In this document: in pieces, positions 40,811-50,154 of the stretch
How the letters are laid out: every line of letters begins with the position of its first letter
Numbering within the stretch: position 1 is the stretch's first letter
DNA from: Alphaproteobacteria bacterium 65-37
Lineage (GTDB): Bacteria; Pseudomonadota; Alphaproteobacteria; Reyranellales; Reyranellaceae
Direction of reading: 5' to 3'
Assembly (NCBI GenBank): GCA_001897995.1
Contig: MKRV01000315.1
Span: 545-64,544 of the forward strand
Length of the DNA stretch: 64,000 nucleotides
Notes under the pieces: model-generated
What the model was told of the DNA's origin: nothing
Seen by the model: the letters and a program-made list of their open reading frames with translations, nothing else
Databases searched by the model: none
Made by a program: the position numbers and the translations under genes

Positions 40811-42103
40811 CTAGCCGTTGCGGACCAGCACTTCGCCGGCAAGGTAGAGCGAACCACAAATGAGAACCCGCATCGGCGCGGGCTGGGTGGCCAGGAGGTC
40901 TTCCAGCGCCGCGCCGATGTCGTTTGCGGGGACGCAATCGAGACCCACATCGGCCGCCTTGGCGCAGGCCTCGTGGGGCGTGTAGGCCGCATGGCCTTCG
41001 GGGAACGGCACTGCGCGCGCGGCTGTAGCGTAGCGCGCGAGCGGCCGCAGGAAGCCCGAGGCGTCCTTGGTCGTCTGCATGGCGAAGATCAGGTAGAGCG
41101 GCAGCGCTGCCGGCTCCTTTGCCCACTCCGCCGCCATGCGGCCAAGCGCGATGCCACAATCTTCGTTGTGGCCGCCATCGAGCCAGAGTTCGCAGCCGGG
41201 CGGCAGAGAGCCTGGCAGCGGCCCCTTCGTGAGACGTTGCAGGCGCGCCGGCCACTCGACGGACGCGAGCCCCTTGCGGATCGCGGTGTTGCCAATGTCG
41301 AAGCGCGCCGCCCGCAGACGCTCGATGCAGGCGACGGCGGTCGCAGCGTTATCGATCTGATGTACCCCCACCAGCGCAGGGGCGGGCAGATCGAGCGTGA
41401 GGAGATCGCTTTCGTAGCGGAAGCCCTGCTCCTGCGGCGTCACCTGCCACTCGTGACCCATGCGGAACAAGGGCGCCGCGAGCTTGGCCGACTCGGTCTC
41501 GATTACCTGTGCACTCACCTCGCGCTGGCGGCCGATCACGGCGGGTGTCGCGCGTTTGATGATGCCCGCCTTCTCCCAGGCGATGCCTTCGAGCTTGTCG
41601 CCCAGAAAGCCCGTATGATCGTAGCCGACCGGCGTGATGGCCGACAAAGCAGGTTCGATCACGTTGGTGCTATCGAAGCGGCCACCCATGCCGACCTCGA
41701 TGATGCCGAGTTCGGCCGGCACGCGCGAGAACGCCAGGAGTGCGAGTGCCGTTGTGATGTCGAAGAAAGAAATCGGTGTGTCGCCATTGGCCTCTTCGCA
41801 TTCCGTCAGCATGTCGTCGAGGTCGTCGTCCTCGATCAGCTGACCGGCAATCCTGATCCGCTCGTTGAAGCGGACCAGATGCGGCGAGGTGTAGACGTGC
41901 ACCCGGTAGCCGGCGGCTTCGGCCATCGCCCGCAGGTAGGCGACGAGCGAGCCTTTGCCGTTGGTGCCGGCGACATGGACCAGCGGCGGCAGCTTCTTTT
42001 CGGGTGAACCCAGCGCCTTCAGCAGGCGCTCGATACGTTCCAGCCCGAGGGTGATCACCCTCGGATGGTGAGCCATCAGGCGCTGGACAATGGCGTCGCT
42101 CAC
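40811..42103 (-). CDS. folC: Folylpolyglutamate/dihydrofolate synthase
   Basis: HVAGTNGKGS, YTSPHL, IEVGMGGRFDSTN, EKAGIIK, WPARLQ, LDGGHN. Confidence 0.96.
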   Translation of the reverse strand: MSDAIVQRLMAHHPRVITLGLERIERLLKALGSPEKKLPPLVHVAGTNGKGSLVAYLRAMAEAAGYRVHVYTSPHLVRFNERIRIAGQLIEDDDLDDMLTECEEANGDTPISFFDITTALALLAFSRVPAELGIIEVGMGGRFDSTNVIEPALSAITPVGYDHTGFLGDKLEGIAWEKAGIIKRATPAVIGRQREVSAQVIETESAKLAAPLFRMGHEWQVTPQEQGFRYESDLLTLDLPAPALVGVHQIDNAATAVACIERLRAARFDIGNTAIRKGLASVEWPARLQRLTKGPLPGSLPPGCELWLDGGHNEDCGIALGRMAAEWAKEPAALPLYLIFAMQTTKDASGFLRPLARYATAARAVPFPEGHAAYTPHEACAKAADVGLDCVPANDIGAALEDLLATQPAPMRVLICGSLYLAGEVLVRNG

Positions 42104-42110
42104 CGGCGGC

Positions 42111-43001
42111 TCAGCGGCCGGCGACGGCCAGGCCGCGGCCCTCGGCGATCATCGGATCCATGAACAACGAGATCATGCGGATCAGGGTCTCGCGCATCTT
42201 GTGGCGATGCACGACGGCATCGACCATGCCGTGCTCGAACAGATACTCCGCGCGCTGGAAGCCTTCCGGCAGTTCTTGACGAATCGTGTCCTGGATGACG
42301 CGCGGACCGGCGAAACCGATCAGCGACGCCGGCTCGGCGAGATGGACGTCACCCAGCATGGCGAACGAGGCCGACACGCCGCCGGTCGTCGGATCGGTCA
42401 GCACCACGATATAGGGCAGGCCTGCCGATTTGACCTTGCGCACGGCAATGGTGGTGCGCGTGAGCTGCATCAGCGACAGGATACCCTCCTGCATGCGCGC
42501 GCCGCCCGAGGCCGAAAAGACGACCAGCGGCGCCTTGCGCGCGACGGCGAGGTCGGCGGCCATCACCAGCCCCTCGCCCACGGCCGTGCCCATCGAGCCG
42601 CCCATGAAGCCGAAATCGAGCAGCGCCACGATGCTGAGCCGGCTGCCCATCAGGCCGCTCGCGACGACCAGTGCGTCGGTCGAGCCCTGGGCGGTCGCCT
42701 GCGCCTCCTTGAGCTTGGCGTCGTAGCGCTTGGTGTCGCGGAACTTCAGCGGATCGACCGGCACGCGCGGCAGCGGGTGCAGCTCGTATTTGCCCTCGTC
42801 GAAAAGGTGCGGCAGCCGCTTCAGCGGCCGGAGCCGCATGTGGTGGCCGCAATGGTTGCAGACTTCCTGGTTGGCTTCCCAATCGCGCGTGAACAGCATC
42901 TGTTCGCACTTGGGGCACTTCACCCAGAGATTGTCCGGTGTCTCCTTGCGGGCGACCAGGGCGCGCAGCTTCGGCCGGACGAAATTGGTCAGCCAGTTCA
43001 T
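42111..43001 (-). CDS. accD: Acetyl-CoA carboxylase carboxyltransferase beta subunit
   Basis: LWVKCPKC...CNHC, FMGGSMG, SGGARMQEG, DPTTGGVSASFA, GFAGPRVI. Confidence 0.97.
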   Translation of the reverse strand: MNWLTNFVRPKLRALVARKETPDNLWVKCPKCEQMLFTRDWEANQEVCNHCGHHMRLRPLKRLPHLFDEGKYELHPLPRVPVDPLKFRDTKRYDAKLKEAQATAQGSTDALVVASGLMGSRLSIVALLDFGFMGGSMGTAVGEGLVMAADLAVARKAPLVVFSASGGARMQEGILSLMQLTRTTIAVRKVKSAGLPYIVVLTDPTTGGVSASFAMLGDVHLAEPASLIGFAGPRVIQDTIRQELPEGFQRAEYLFEHGMVDAVVHRHKMRETLIRMISLFMDPMIAEGRGLAVAGR

Positions 43002-43037
43002 GGCGGCGGTATCGCACGAATGGTCATGGCGGCCAAG

Positions 43038-44252
43038 TCAGCGCCAGAAGCCCGAGAAAGGTGCCGCGAAATCCCCAGGTTTCTTCACTTCGCAGAACGA
43101 TTTCCGCGCGCGGTAGTCGGCGCAGAGTTTCTGCGCCACTGCGGGCTCGAGATCGGCGATGATGGCGGCCTGGCGGGTCACCTTGTTGGAGGTGACCGGC
43201 AGGATGTACTCCTTGCCGAGGGTCGCGGATCCCAGGGTGCCCAGCCGCGCCTGCCCGGCGTCGAAGGCGTTTCGCGCCGTCCGCCAGTCGCCGTAGGTGC
43301 CGAGCCATACCGCATCGCCCGGCATGTCGTAACGGATGGTGCCGCACTCGCCGTAGGGCAGCACGGTTGCCGGCCCGCCTTCGCCGTCGCGCAGCTGCCA
43401 GACCTTGGGGCGGCTGCCGGCGGTCTTCAGCGCAAAGGCTTCGTCGAACAGGCGTGTCAGGAATTCGTCGCGCAGATCGGCGCGGCGGAAGCCGAACGCC
43501 ACCGCCACCAGTCGCCGCCCGTCGCGCACGGCCGTCCCTACGATGTTGAAGCCGGAGGCGCAGATGAAGCCGGTCTTCATGCCCTCGGCATAGGGCGCGT
43601 AGAGATCGAGGAACTTCAGGCCCGGACCGATCTTGGCGTTGCCGATGAAGAACTCCTGCGTCCGGAAGTAGCCGTAGTACTGCGGGAAGTCCTTGATCAG
43701 GGCGAGCGCCAGCACCGCCATGTCGCGTGCCGTCGTCATTTGGGCTGCGTCCGGAAGCCCGTTGGCATTGCGGAACTGCGTCGCCGCCATGCCGAGCCGC
43801 GCCGCGGTTTCCGTCATGCGCTGTGCGAACGCAGGTTCGGAGCCCGAGATGCGCTCGCCAAAGGCAGTCGCGACGTCATTGGCCGAGCGGGCGACCAGTG
43901 CCTGCAGCCCCTGTTCGACCGTGATCGACTGGCCGGCCGCCAGCACCAGCTTGGAGGCCGGCTTGGCGCGGGCATTCTCGCTGAAGCCCAGCGTCCCGCC
44001 GAGCTGCAGGCGACCGGCCTTCAGTTCCTCGAAGACGATGTAGATCGTCATCATCTTGGTGAGGGAAGCCGGATACCAGTAGGCACCGGCATTGCGTTCG
44101 AGCAGCACCTCGCCCGTGGCGACATCGACCGCAAGGTAGGGACCGGCTTGCACGGGCCCTGACGGCGAGGCCACGGTTGCGAGCTGGGCCTGGGCGGGGG
44201 CCGCCAGGAGGCCGAGCAGGCCGAGAACGCACGACAGGAAACGCGTTTTCAT
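43038..44252 (-). CDS. D-alanyl-D-alanine carboxypeptidase (S11) with a C-terminal SPOR-like extension
   Basis: YPASLTK (SxxK), RSAND (SxN), MKTGFICASGFN (KTG); signal peptide. Confidence 0.87.
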   Translation of the reverse strand: MKTRFLSCVLGLLGLLAAPAQAQLATVASPSGPVQAGPYLAVDVATGEVLLERNAGAYWYPASLTKMMTIYIVFEELKAGRLQLGGTLGFSENARAKPASKLVLAAGQSITVEQGLQALVARSANDVATAFGERISGSEPAFAQRMTETAARLGMAATQFRNANGLPDAAQMTTARDMAVLALALIKDFPQYYGYFRTQEFFIGNAKIGPGLKFLDLYAPYAEGMKTGFICASGFNIVGTAVRDGRRLVAVAFGFRRADLRDEFLTRLFDEAFALKTAGSRPKVWQLRDGEGGPATVLPYGECGTIRYDMPGDAVWLGTYGDWRTARNAFDAGQARLGTLGSATLGKEYILPVTSNKVTRQAAIIADLEPAVAQKLCADYRARKSFCEVKKPGDFAAPFSGFWR

Positions 44253-44338
44253 TGTCACCCACGTCCGAGGGGGCATCCGAGAAGGGGGCGACAGCATACG
44301 CCCTTCCGCACGCCGACGGGAGACGTTAGATCGGAGAG

Positions 44339-44989
44339 ATGATCAAGGTCATGATAGCTCCGGTCACCCCGTTCCAGCAGAACTGCTCCATCGTCTGGTG
44401 CGACGAGACCATGGAAGGCACCGCCGTCGATCCCGGCGGCGACTTCGACATGCTGCAGCAGGCGATCGCCGAGCAGGGCATCAAGGTCACCAAGGTGCTG
44501 CTGACCCACGGCCATGTCGACCATGCCTCGGCGGCCGGCACCATGGCCGAGCACTACGGCGTCAAGATCGAGGGGCCGCACGAAGACGACCTGTTCCTGA
44601 TCGAGGGCCTGCCCGACGCGGGCGCCAAGTACAATTTCCCCACCTACAAACCATTCGTGCCCGATCGCTGGCTGACCAACGGCGAGACCGTCGAGCTCGG
44701 CAAGCTCACCCTCGATGTCGTGCACTGCCCCGGCCACACGCCGGGCCATGTCGTGTTCGTGCACAAGCCGTCGAAGGTCGCCTTCGTGGGCGACGTGCTG
44801 TTCCGCGGCTCGATCGGCCGCACCGATTTCCCGCGCGGCAACCACGACCAGCTCCTCTCCTCCATCCGCAAGCGGCTGTGGCCGCTCGGCGACGACATCA
44901 CCTTCGTGCCCGGCCACGGCCAGACCTCGACCTTCGGCTGGGAACGCAAGACCAACCCGTTCGTGGCCGATCTGAACTTCGACGATTGA
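44339..44989 (+). CDS. MBL-fold hydrolase (YcbL/GloC-like)
   Basis: PVTPFQQNC, LLTHGHVDH, HCPGHTPGH, GDVLFRGSIGRTDFP, PGHG. Confidence 0.92.
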   Translation: MIKVMIAPVTPFQQNCSIVWCDETMEGTAVDPGGDFDMLQQAIAEQGIKVTKVLLTHGHVDHASAAGTMAEHYGVKIEGPHEDDLFLIEGLPDAGAKYNFPTYKPFVPDRWLTNGETVELGKLTLDVVHCPGHTPGHVVFVHKPSKVAFVGDVLFRGSIGRTDFPRGNHDQLLSSIRKRLWPLGDDITFVPGHGQTSTFGWERKTNPFVADLNFDD

Positions 44990-45005
44990 CGGGCAGGGTC
45001 GGCGA

Positions 45006-45602
45006 TCAAGCCGCGAGCCAGGCATTCTCCGCGCCATATGCCGCCGCAATCGCCGCTTTCAGCCAGGCTTGCTGCGATTGACTCAACAGCGGCCACGCCG
45101 CCGCGAAGTCGATCTCGTCCTTCGGGCGTGGTGCCTTGGCCTTGTAGAAGAGCTGCACCTCGGGCGCGAGGAAAGGAATGCATTGAGCGCCGCGTGTGCC
45201 GAGCTCGGCGATCGGCCGCGTGACGGCTGCGGCACGGCGTGACCGCCAAAGCGGTCCGTCACTCTCGTCGAACATCAGTTGGAAACGCCACGGTCCGCCC
45301 ACCTCACGGCACCACACGTCCGTCACATGCGACGGCAGTGCGATATCCGTCGACCAGGGACGCAAGGTCCCGGGTGGATAGGCCATCCAGCAATCCCATC
45401 TTGCGAGCAGCGCCCTCACGGCTGCTTGATCGACGCGCAGGAGAAAGACGTCGATATCGCCGTGGCACCTCAGTGGTCGGCCGACGAAATGGTCGATGGC
45501 AAAACCGCCGGCAATCCACCAGGGAAAGTCGGCCGCCGCGAAAATCTCGGCGACCGCTTGCGGCGTCAGCGGCTGCCAGGCCCGTTCATGCTCGGCGACC
45601 AC
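45006..45602 (-). CDS. Nucleotidyltransferase of the aminoglycoside-2''-adenylyltransferase/LnuA-like family
   Basis: WWIAGGFAID, RCHGDIDV, FLAPEVQLFYKAK.PRPKDEIDF. Confidence 0.8.
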   Translation of the reverse strand: MVAEHERAWQPLTPQAVAEIFAAADFPWWIAGGFAIDHFVGRPLRCHGDIDVFLLRVDQAAVRALLARWDCWMAYPPGTLRPWSTDIALPSHVTDVWCREVGGPWRFQLMFDESDGPLWRSRRAAAVTRPIAELGTRGAQCIPFLAPEVQLFYKAKAPRPKDEIDFAAAWPLLSQSQQAWLKAAIAAAYGAENAWLAA

Positions 45603-45625
45603 GACCTGCCCGATGGCCGAGCCCG

Positions 45626-46459
45626 TCAGGCCTTGCGGACGCCGCGCACGCCGTCGGCCAATGCCCGGATGTAGGCGAAGACGCCCGGCACCAGGTCGGG
45701 CTTGGCTTTTCCGTTGTCGTCGAGGCCCGCTTTCACGCGATCGACGATCGCCGAGCCCACGACCGCCGCGTCGGCGTGGCGCGCAATGGCGGCGGCCTGG
45801 TCGGGGGTCTTGATGCCGAAGCCCACGCCCACCGGCAGCTTGGTGTGGCGCTTGATGCGCTCGACGTGCGTGCGCACGGCCTCTTCAGACGCCGACTTGG
45901 TGCCGGTGATGCCCAGCACCGAGACGAAATAGACGAAGCCCGAGGCGTATTTGAGCACCGCCGGCAGGCGCTTGTCGTCGGTCGTCGGCGCCGTCAGCAG
46001 CACCGTGTCGAGGCCGTTGGCCACGGCATGCGGCTTCAGCTCGTCGGCTTCCTCGGGCGGCAGGTCGACCAGAATGAAGCCGTCGATTCCTGCGGCGGCC
46101 GCTTCCTTGCAGAAGCGCTCGGCGCCGCGCTGGTAGATCAGGTTGTAGTAGCCCATCAGCAGGATGGGCGTGTCGTTGTCGCCGGTCTCCTTGCGGAAGC
46201 GGCGCACCATGTCGAAGGTGGCATCGACGGTGATGCCGGCCTTGAGCGCGCGCTGGCCGGCGTGTTGGATCGACGGCCCGTCGGCCATCGGATCGGTGAA
46301 CGGCATGCCGAGCTCGATCAGGTCGGCGCCGGCGGCCGGCAGCCCCTTCAGGATCTGGAAGCCGACGTCGATATTGGGGTCACCGGCGGTGATATAGGTC
46401 ACCAGGCCGGCGCGCTTGTCGGCCTTGAGCTGGGCGAAGCGCTTCTCGATGCGGCTCAT
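45626..46459 (-). CDS. trpA: Tryptophan synthase alpha subunit
   Basis: MSRI..., YITAGDP, IELGMPFTDPMADGPSIQ, YFVSVLGITG, VGFGI, VVGSA. Its ATG overlaps the trpB stop. Confidence 0.97.
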   Translation of the reverse strand: MSRIEKRFAQLKADKRAGLVTYITAGDPNIDVGFQILKGLPAAGADLIELGMPFTDPMADGPSIQHAGQRALKAGITVDATFDMVRRFRKETGDNDTPILLMGYYNLIYQRGAERFCKEAAAAGIDGFILVDLPPEEADELKPHAVANGLDTVLLTAPTTDDKRLPAVLKYASGFVYFVSVLGITGTKSASEEAVRTHVERIKRHTKLPVGVGFGIKTPDQAAAIARHADAAVVGSAIVDRVKAGLDDNGKAKPDLVPGVFAYIRALADGVRGVRKA

Positions 46460-47673
46460 CAGATCTTCACTCCCAGACGCTCGGCAATCTGCGGCACGTC
46501 CTTGTCGCCGCGCCCCGAGAGGTTCATCACCAGGAGATTGTCCTTGGACAGGCTGGGCGCGAGTTTGATCGTGTGCGCCAGCGCGTGCGACGATTCGAGG
46601 GCGGGAATGATGCCTTCGAGCTTGCAGAGAAGCTGGAACGCCTCGACCGCCTCGTCGTCGGTCGCCGCGACGTACTCGACGCGCCCCTTCTCCTTCAGCC
46701 AGGCGTGCTCCGGCCCGATGCCGGGATAGTCGAGGCCGGCCGAGATCGAATGCGCCTCGGTGATCTGGCCTTCCTTGTCCTGCAGAAGATAGGTGCGATT
46801 GCCGTGCAGCACGCCGGGGCGGCCGCCGGTCAGCGACGCGGCATGCTCGCCGGTCTCGACGCCGCGGCCCGCCGCCTCGACACCGATGATGCGCACGCCC
46901 TGGTCGTCGAGGAAGGGATGGAACAGGCCCATGGCGTTCGAGCCGCCGCCGATGCAGGCCACCAGCGTGTCGGGCAGACGGCCCTCGGCCTCCATCATCT
47001 GCTTGCGCACCTCGTCGCCGATCACGCACTGGAAGTCGCGCACCATCGCCGGATAGGGATGCGGCCCCGCCACTGTGCCGATGCAGTAGAAGGTCGTCTC
47101 GCAGGTCGCCACCCAGTCGCGCAGCGCCTCGTTCATCGCGTCCTTCAGGGTCGAGGCGCCGGCCGTCACCGGCCGCACCTCGGCGCCCAGCATCTTCATG
47201 CGAAACACGTTGGGGGCCTGGCGCTCGACGTCGACCGAGCCCATGAACACCACGCAGGGAATGTCGAACAGCGCGCAGGCCGTGGCGGTGGCGACGCCAT
47301 GCTGGCCCGCCCCGGTCTCGGCGATCACCCGCGTCTTGCCCATCCGCTTGGCGAGCAGGACCTGGCCCAGCACATTGTTGATCTTGTGGCTGCCGGTGTG
47401 GTTCAGCTCGTCGCGCTTCAGGTAGATCTTGGCGCCGCCCAGCTTCCCGGTCAGACGCTCGGCGAAGTAGAGCGGGCTCGGCCGGCCGGCATATTGCGTC
47501 AGCAGATACTTCAGCTCGCCCTGGAACTGCGGGTCGACTTTGGCCTCGTTGTAGGCCTTCTCCAGCTCGAGGATCAGCGGCATCAGGGTTTCGGCGACAT
47601 AACGGCCGCCGAAAAGACCGAAATGCCCGCGTTCATCAGGGCCGGTGCGAAAACTGTTGGGCGTGCTGGACAT
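46459..47673 (-). CDS. trpB: Tryptophan synthase beta subunit
   Basis: [65 protein letters not shown]. Confidence 0.98.
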   Translation of the reverse strand: MSSTPNSFRTGPDERGHFGLFGGRYVAETLMPLILELEKAYNEAKVDPQFQGELKYLLTQYAGRPSPLYFAERLTGKLGGAKIYLKRDELNHTGSHKINNVLGQVLLAKRMGKTRVIAETGAGQHGVATATACALFDIPCVVFMGSVDVERQAPNVFRMKMLGAEVRPVTAGASTLKDAMNEALRDWVATCETTFYCIGTVAGPHPYPAMVRDFQCVIGDEVRKQMMEAEGRLPDTLVACIGGGSNAMGLFHPFLDDQGVRIIGVEAAGRGVETGEHAASLTGGRPGVLHGNRTYLLQDKEGQITEAHSISAGLDYPGIGPEHAWLKEKGRVEYVAATDDEAVEAFQLLCKLEGIIPALESSHALAHTIKLAPSLSKDNLLVMNLSGRGDKDVPQIAERLGVKI

Positions 47674-47697
47674 TGCTCTTCCTGTCGGGACGGGCGG

Positions 47698-47726
47698 TCT
47701 TAGCAATCCCGGCAGGGGTCGGTCAA
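47698..47726 (-). promoter_or_regulatory. Putative sigma70 promoter for trpBA
   Basis: Minus strand TTGACC-N17-CTAAGA, about 25 nt upstream of the trpB ATG. Confidence 0.45.
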
Positions 47727-47781
47727 AAGTCCTCGGAGAGCCCGCTCGAGCCCTCTGGGGGCCGTCCGGCCTCGCAAATCG

Positions 47782-48726
47782 TCAGCTGCGTACAATGCGG
47801 GTGCCGGCCTCGCCGGCGATGGCTCGGCCCATATTCTCGATATCGGTGATGATCCCCTCGCCGTCGCAGGCCGCGACGTAGTCCATGACCGCTGCCACCT
47901 TCGGCCCCATCGACCCCTTGCCGAACTGACCCTCGTTCATGTAGCGGGCGGCCTCGACATGAGGCAGGCGGGAGAGCCATTTGACGTCCGGCTTGCCAAA
48001 ATTGATCGCCACCTGGGGCACCGCCGTGGCGATCAGGAGCTTCCCGGCCTTGAGCTGCCGCGCGAGCAGCGACGAGGCAAGATCCTTGTCGATCACCGCC
48101 TCACGGCCCACCAGGCTGCCGGCGACGTCGGTCACCACCGGAATGCCGCCTCCGCCGCAGGCGATAACGATATGGTCGTTGTCGAGCAGGGCACGGACGG
48201 TTTCGACCTCGATCACCTCCTGCGGCTGCGGTGAGGCCACGCAACGGCGCCAGCCGCGCCCCGTCTCCTCCATCAGCGACCAGCCGTTGCGCATGGCCAG
48301 CGCCTCGGCGACGTCCTTGGTCATGATCGAGCCGATGGGCTTGGTCGGGTTGGCGAAGGCGGTGTCTGCAGGATCGACCCGCACCTGGGTGACGACAGTC
48401 GCGACCGGCTTCTTCAATCCGCGCCGGCTCAGTTCGTTGACGAAGGCGCGCTGGAACATCACGCCGATCGCCCCTTGCGTGTCGGCGGTCGCGTAATCCA
48501 TCGGCACCACCGGCACCTCGGCGGCGGCGATCTCGGAGCGGCGCAGGATGTAGCCGACCTGCGGACCATTGCCATGGGTCAGCACCACTTGCCAGCCGGC
48601 GACAGCGACATCGACCACATATTGCGCCGTGCGGGCCGCGGCCAGCGCCTGATCGGGGATCGATGTGCCGCCGCCCTCGGAGGCCAGGGCGTTGCCACCA
48701 ACCGCGATCACTGCGACGTTGCTCAT
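47782..48726 (-). CDS. arcC: Carbamate kinase
   Basis: VIAVGGNAL, LTHGNGPQVG, DTQGAIG, VVTQVRVD..D.AF.NPTKPIG, GGGGIP, EAVIDKD, GSMGPKV. Confidence 0.95.
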   Translation of the reverse strand: MSNVAVIAVGGNALASEGGGTSIPDQALAAARTAQYVVDVAVAGWQVVLTHGNGPQVGYILRRSEIAAAEVPVVPMDYATADTQGAIGVMFQRAFVNELSRRGLKKPVATVVTQVRVDPADTAFANPTKPIGSIMTKDVAEALAMRNGWSLMEETGRGWRRCVASPQPQEVIEVETVRALLDNDHIVIACGGGGIPVVTDVAGSLVGREAVIDKDLASSLLARQLKAGKLLIATAVPQVAINFGKPDVKWLSRLPHVEAARYMNEGQFGKGSMGPKVAAVMDYVAACDGEGIITDIENMGRAIAGEAGTRIVRS

Positions 48727-48736
48727 GGCGCGCTCC

Positions 48737-50149
48737 TCAAATATCGAAGGTCATGCTTGCAGCCAGCGCCGATACCGCCTGGGTGAAGCAGGCGAGCGGC
48801 GCATAGGTCAGCCCCGCACCGACCTGGCCGATACCGGCCTGGCGGTGGGCGATGCCGGTGTTGATGACCGGTTGAATGCCGGTATCGGCGACGAGACGCG
48901 CATCGATGCCCGCCGGCGAGCCGGTGAAATCGAGCGCCGGCAAGGTGAAGGCCGCATTCTGGCCGAGCGTGATGTGCAGCATGCGCAGCGTATTGGCCAG
49001 CGCATCCCGCGGCGTGCCTCCGACGAACTGCACGATGGCCGGCGCCGCCGCCATGGCGAAGCCGCCGACGCCCGCCGTTTCCGTGATGGCGCTGTCGCCG
49101 AGGTCGCGCGCGGCATCGGCCTGGCCGTAGCCGGGAAAGAACAGCCCCTCGATGAACGGCGCCTCGGCGGTGAACCAGCGGTCGAGGCCGGAAATCTTGA
49201 TCCCGAACTCGACGCCGTTGCGCGCCATCGCCGTGACCAAGGTCGAGCACGGCACACCATGGGCCGCGTCGAGCATGGCTTTGCAGGCGGCCATCGAGAG
49301 GTTGAGGAAGAAGTGATCGTTGCCGGCAACGAAGGTGAGCGTCTCCGCGACCGCCTTGGCGTCGAGCCGCTTGGAGGCGAGCGCCGTCGTGGTCAGCTTG
49401 CGGAACAACAGCGAAGAGGCGGCGGCATTGCGGTTGTGCACCTCGTCGCCCATGTGCAGCGCCTGGGCCATGATCGGCTTCAGATCCAGGCCACCCATTT
49501 CCTCGACGATCACCGCCAAGGTCGGCCCCATCCTCTCGGCCATCCATTTCAGGCGAGCGATCACGTCCGGGCCGTTGGCACCGAAGCGCAGCACCTTGCC
49601 GAGACCTTCGTTCATGTTCGAATAGGCCTCGCTGCCGGACGCCGTGTCGCGCACGATCCATACCGGCATGCTCGGGCTGGTGATGCCGGCCATCGGACCG
49701 ACAGCACGATGGTGGTGGCACGGCTCCAGACGGATGCTGCCGGCTTCGACCAGGCGGCTTGCCTCGTCGAGATTCGCGGCCCAGCCCTCGAACAGGACGG
49801 CGCCCAGCACCGCGCCCTGCTGCGGGCCGCACATGTTCTCCCACTTCACCGGCGGGCCTGAATGCAGGATGATCTTGCCGTCCATGTCCGGCAGCGCCTC
49901 ACGGGCAGTCTTGACGCCGACGAGCACCGGCTGGGCAGCGAGGAAGCGGCCATAGGCCACCTTGTTGGCCTCGGCGATGCGCGGATCGCCGGTCAGAAGC
50001 GCGAGATTCCAGGCATCCTTCGGGTTGCCTCCCGCCGGCGGCTGCCATTGCAGATCGGTGGCTTTCGCGCCCTTTTCACGGATGACGTCACCGAAGCTCG
50101 CAAGCCCGATATTGATGACGTTGAGATCCTGGCTGATGAGATCGGCCAT
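48737..50149 (-). CDS. DUF1116 protein (YahG/YlbE/AllG family)
   Basis: LNVINIG...WQPPAGGN, ILHSGPP..W..MCGPQQGA, PCHHHRAVGPMAGITSPSMP, MGDEVHNRN, NDHFFLNLSM, DLGDSAITET.G.GG, GILPVINTGI-type tail. Start is ATG 50149 or GTG 50158. Confidence 0.92.
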   Translation of the reverse strand: MADLISQDLNVINIGLASFGDVIREKGAKATDLQWQPPAGGNPKDAWNLALLTGDPRIAEANKVAYGRFLAAQPVLVGVKTAREALPDMDGKIILHSGPPVKWENMCGPQQGAVLGAVLFEGWAANLDEASRLVEAGSIRLEPCHHHRAVGPMAGITSPSMPVWIVRDTASGSEAYSNMNEGLGKVLRFGANGPDVIARLKWMAERMGPTLAVIVEEMGGLDLKPIMAQALHMGDEVHNRNAAASSLLFRKLTTTALASKRLDAKAVAETLTFVAGNDHFFLNLSMAACKAMLDAAHGVPCSTLVTAMARNGVEFGIKISGLDRWFTAEAPFIEGLFFPGYGQADAARDLGDSAITETAGVGGFAMAAAPAIVQFVGGTPRDALANTLRMLHITLGQNAAFTLPALDFTGSPAGIDARLVADTGIQPVINTGIAHRQAGIGQVGAGLTYAPLACFTQAVSALAASMTFDI

Positions 50150-50154
50150 GGCGA

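Noticed and set aside
44339-44989. Metallo-beta-lactamase resistance gene
   Set aside because: The motifs and length fit the housekeeping YcbL/GloC glyoxalase-II-like group, and there is no signal peptide.
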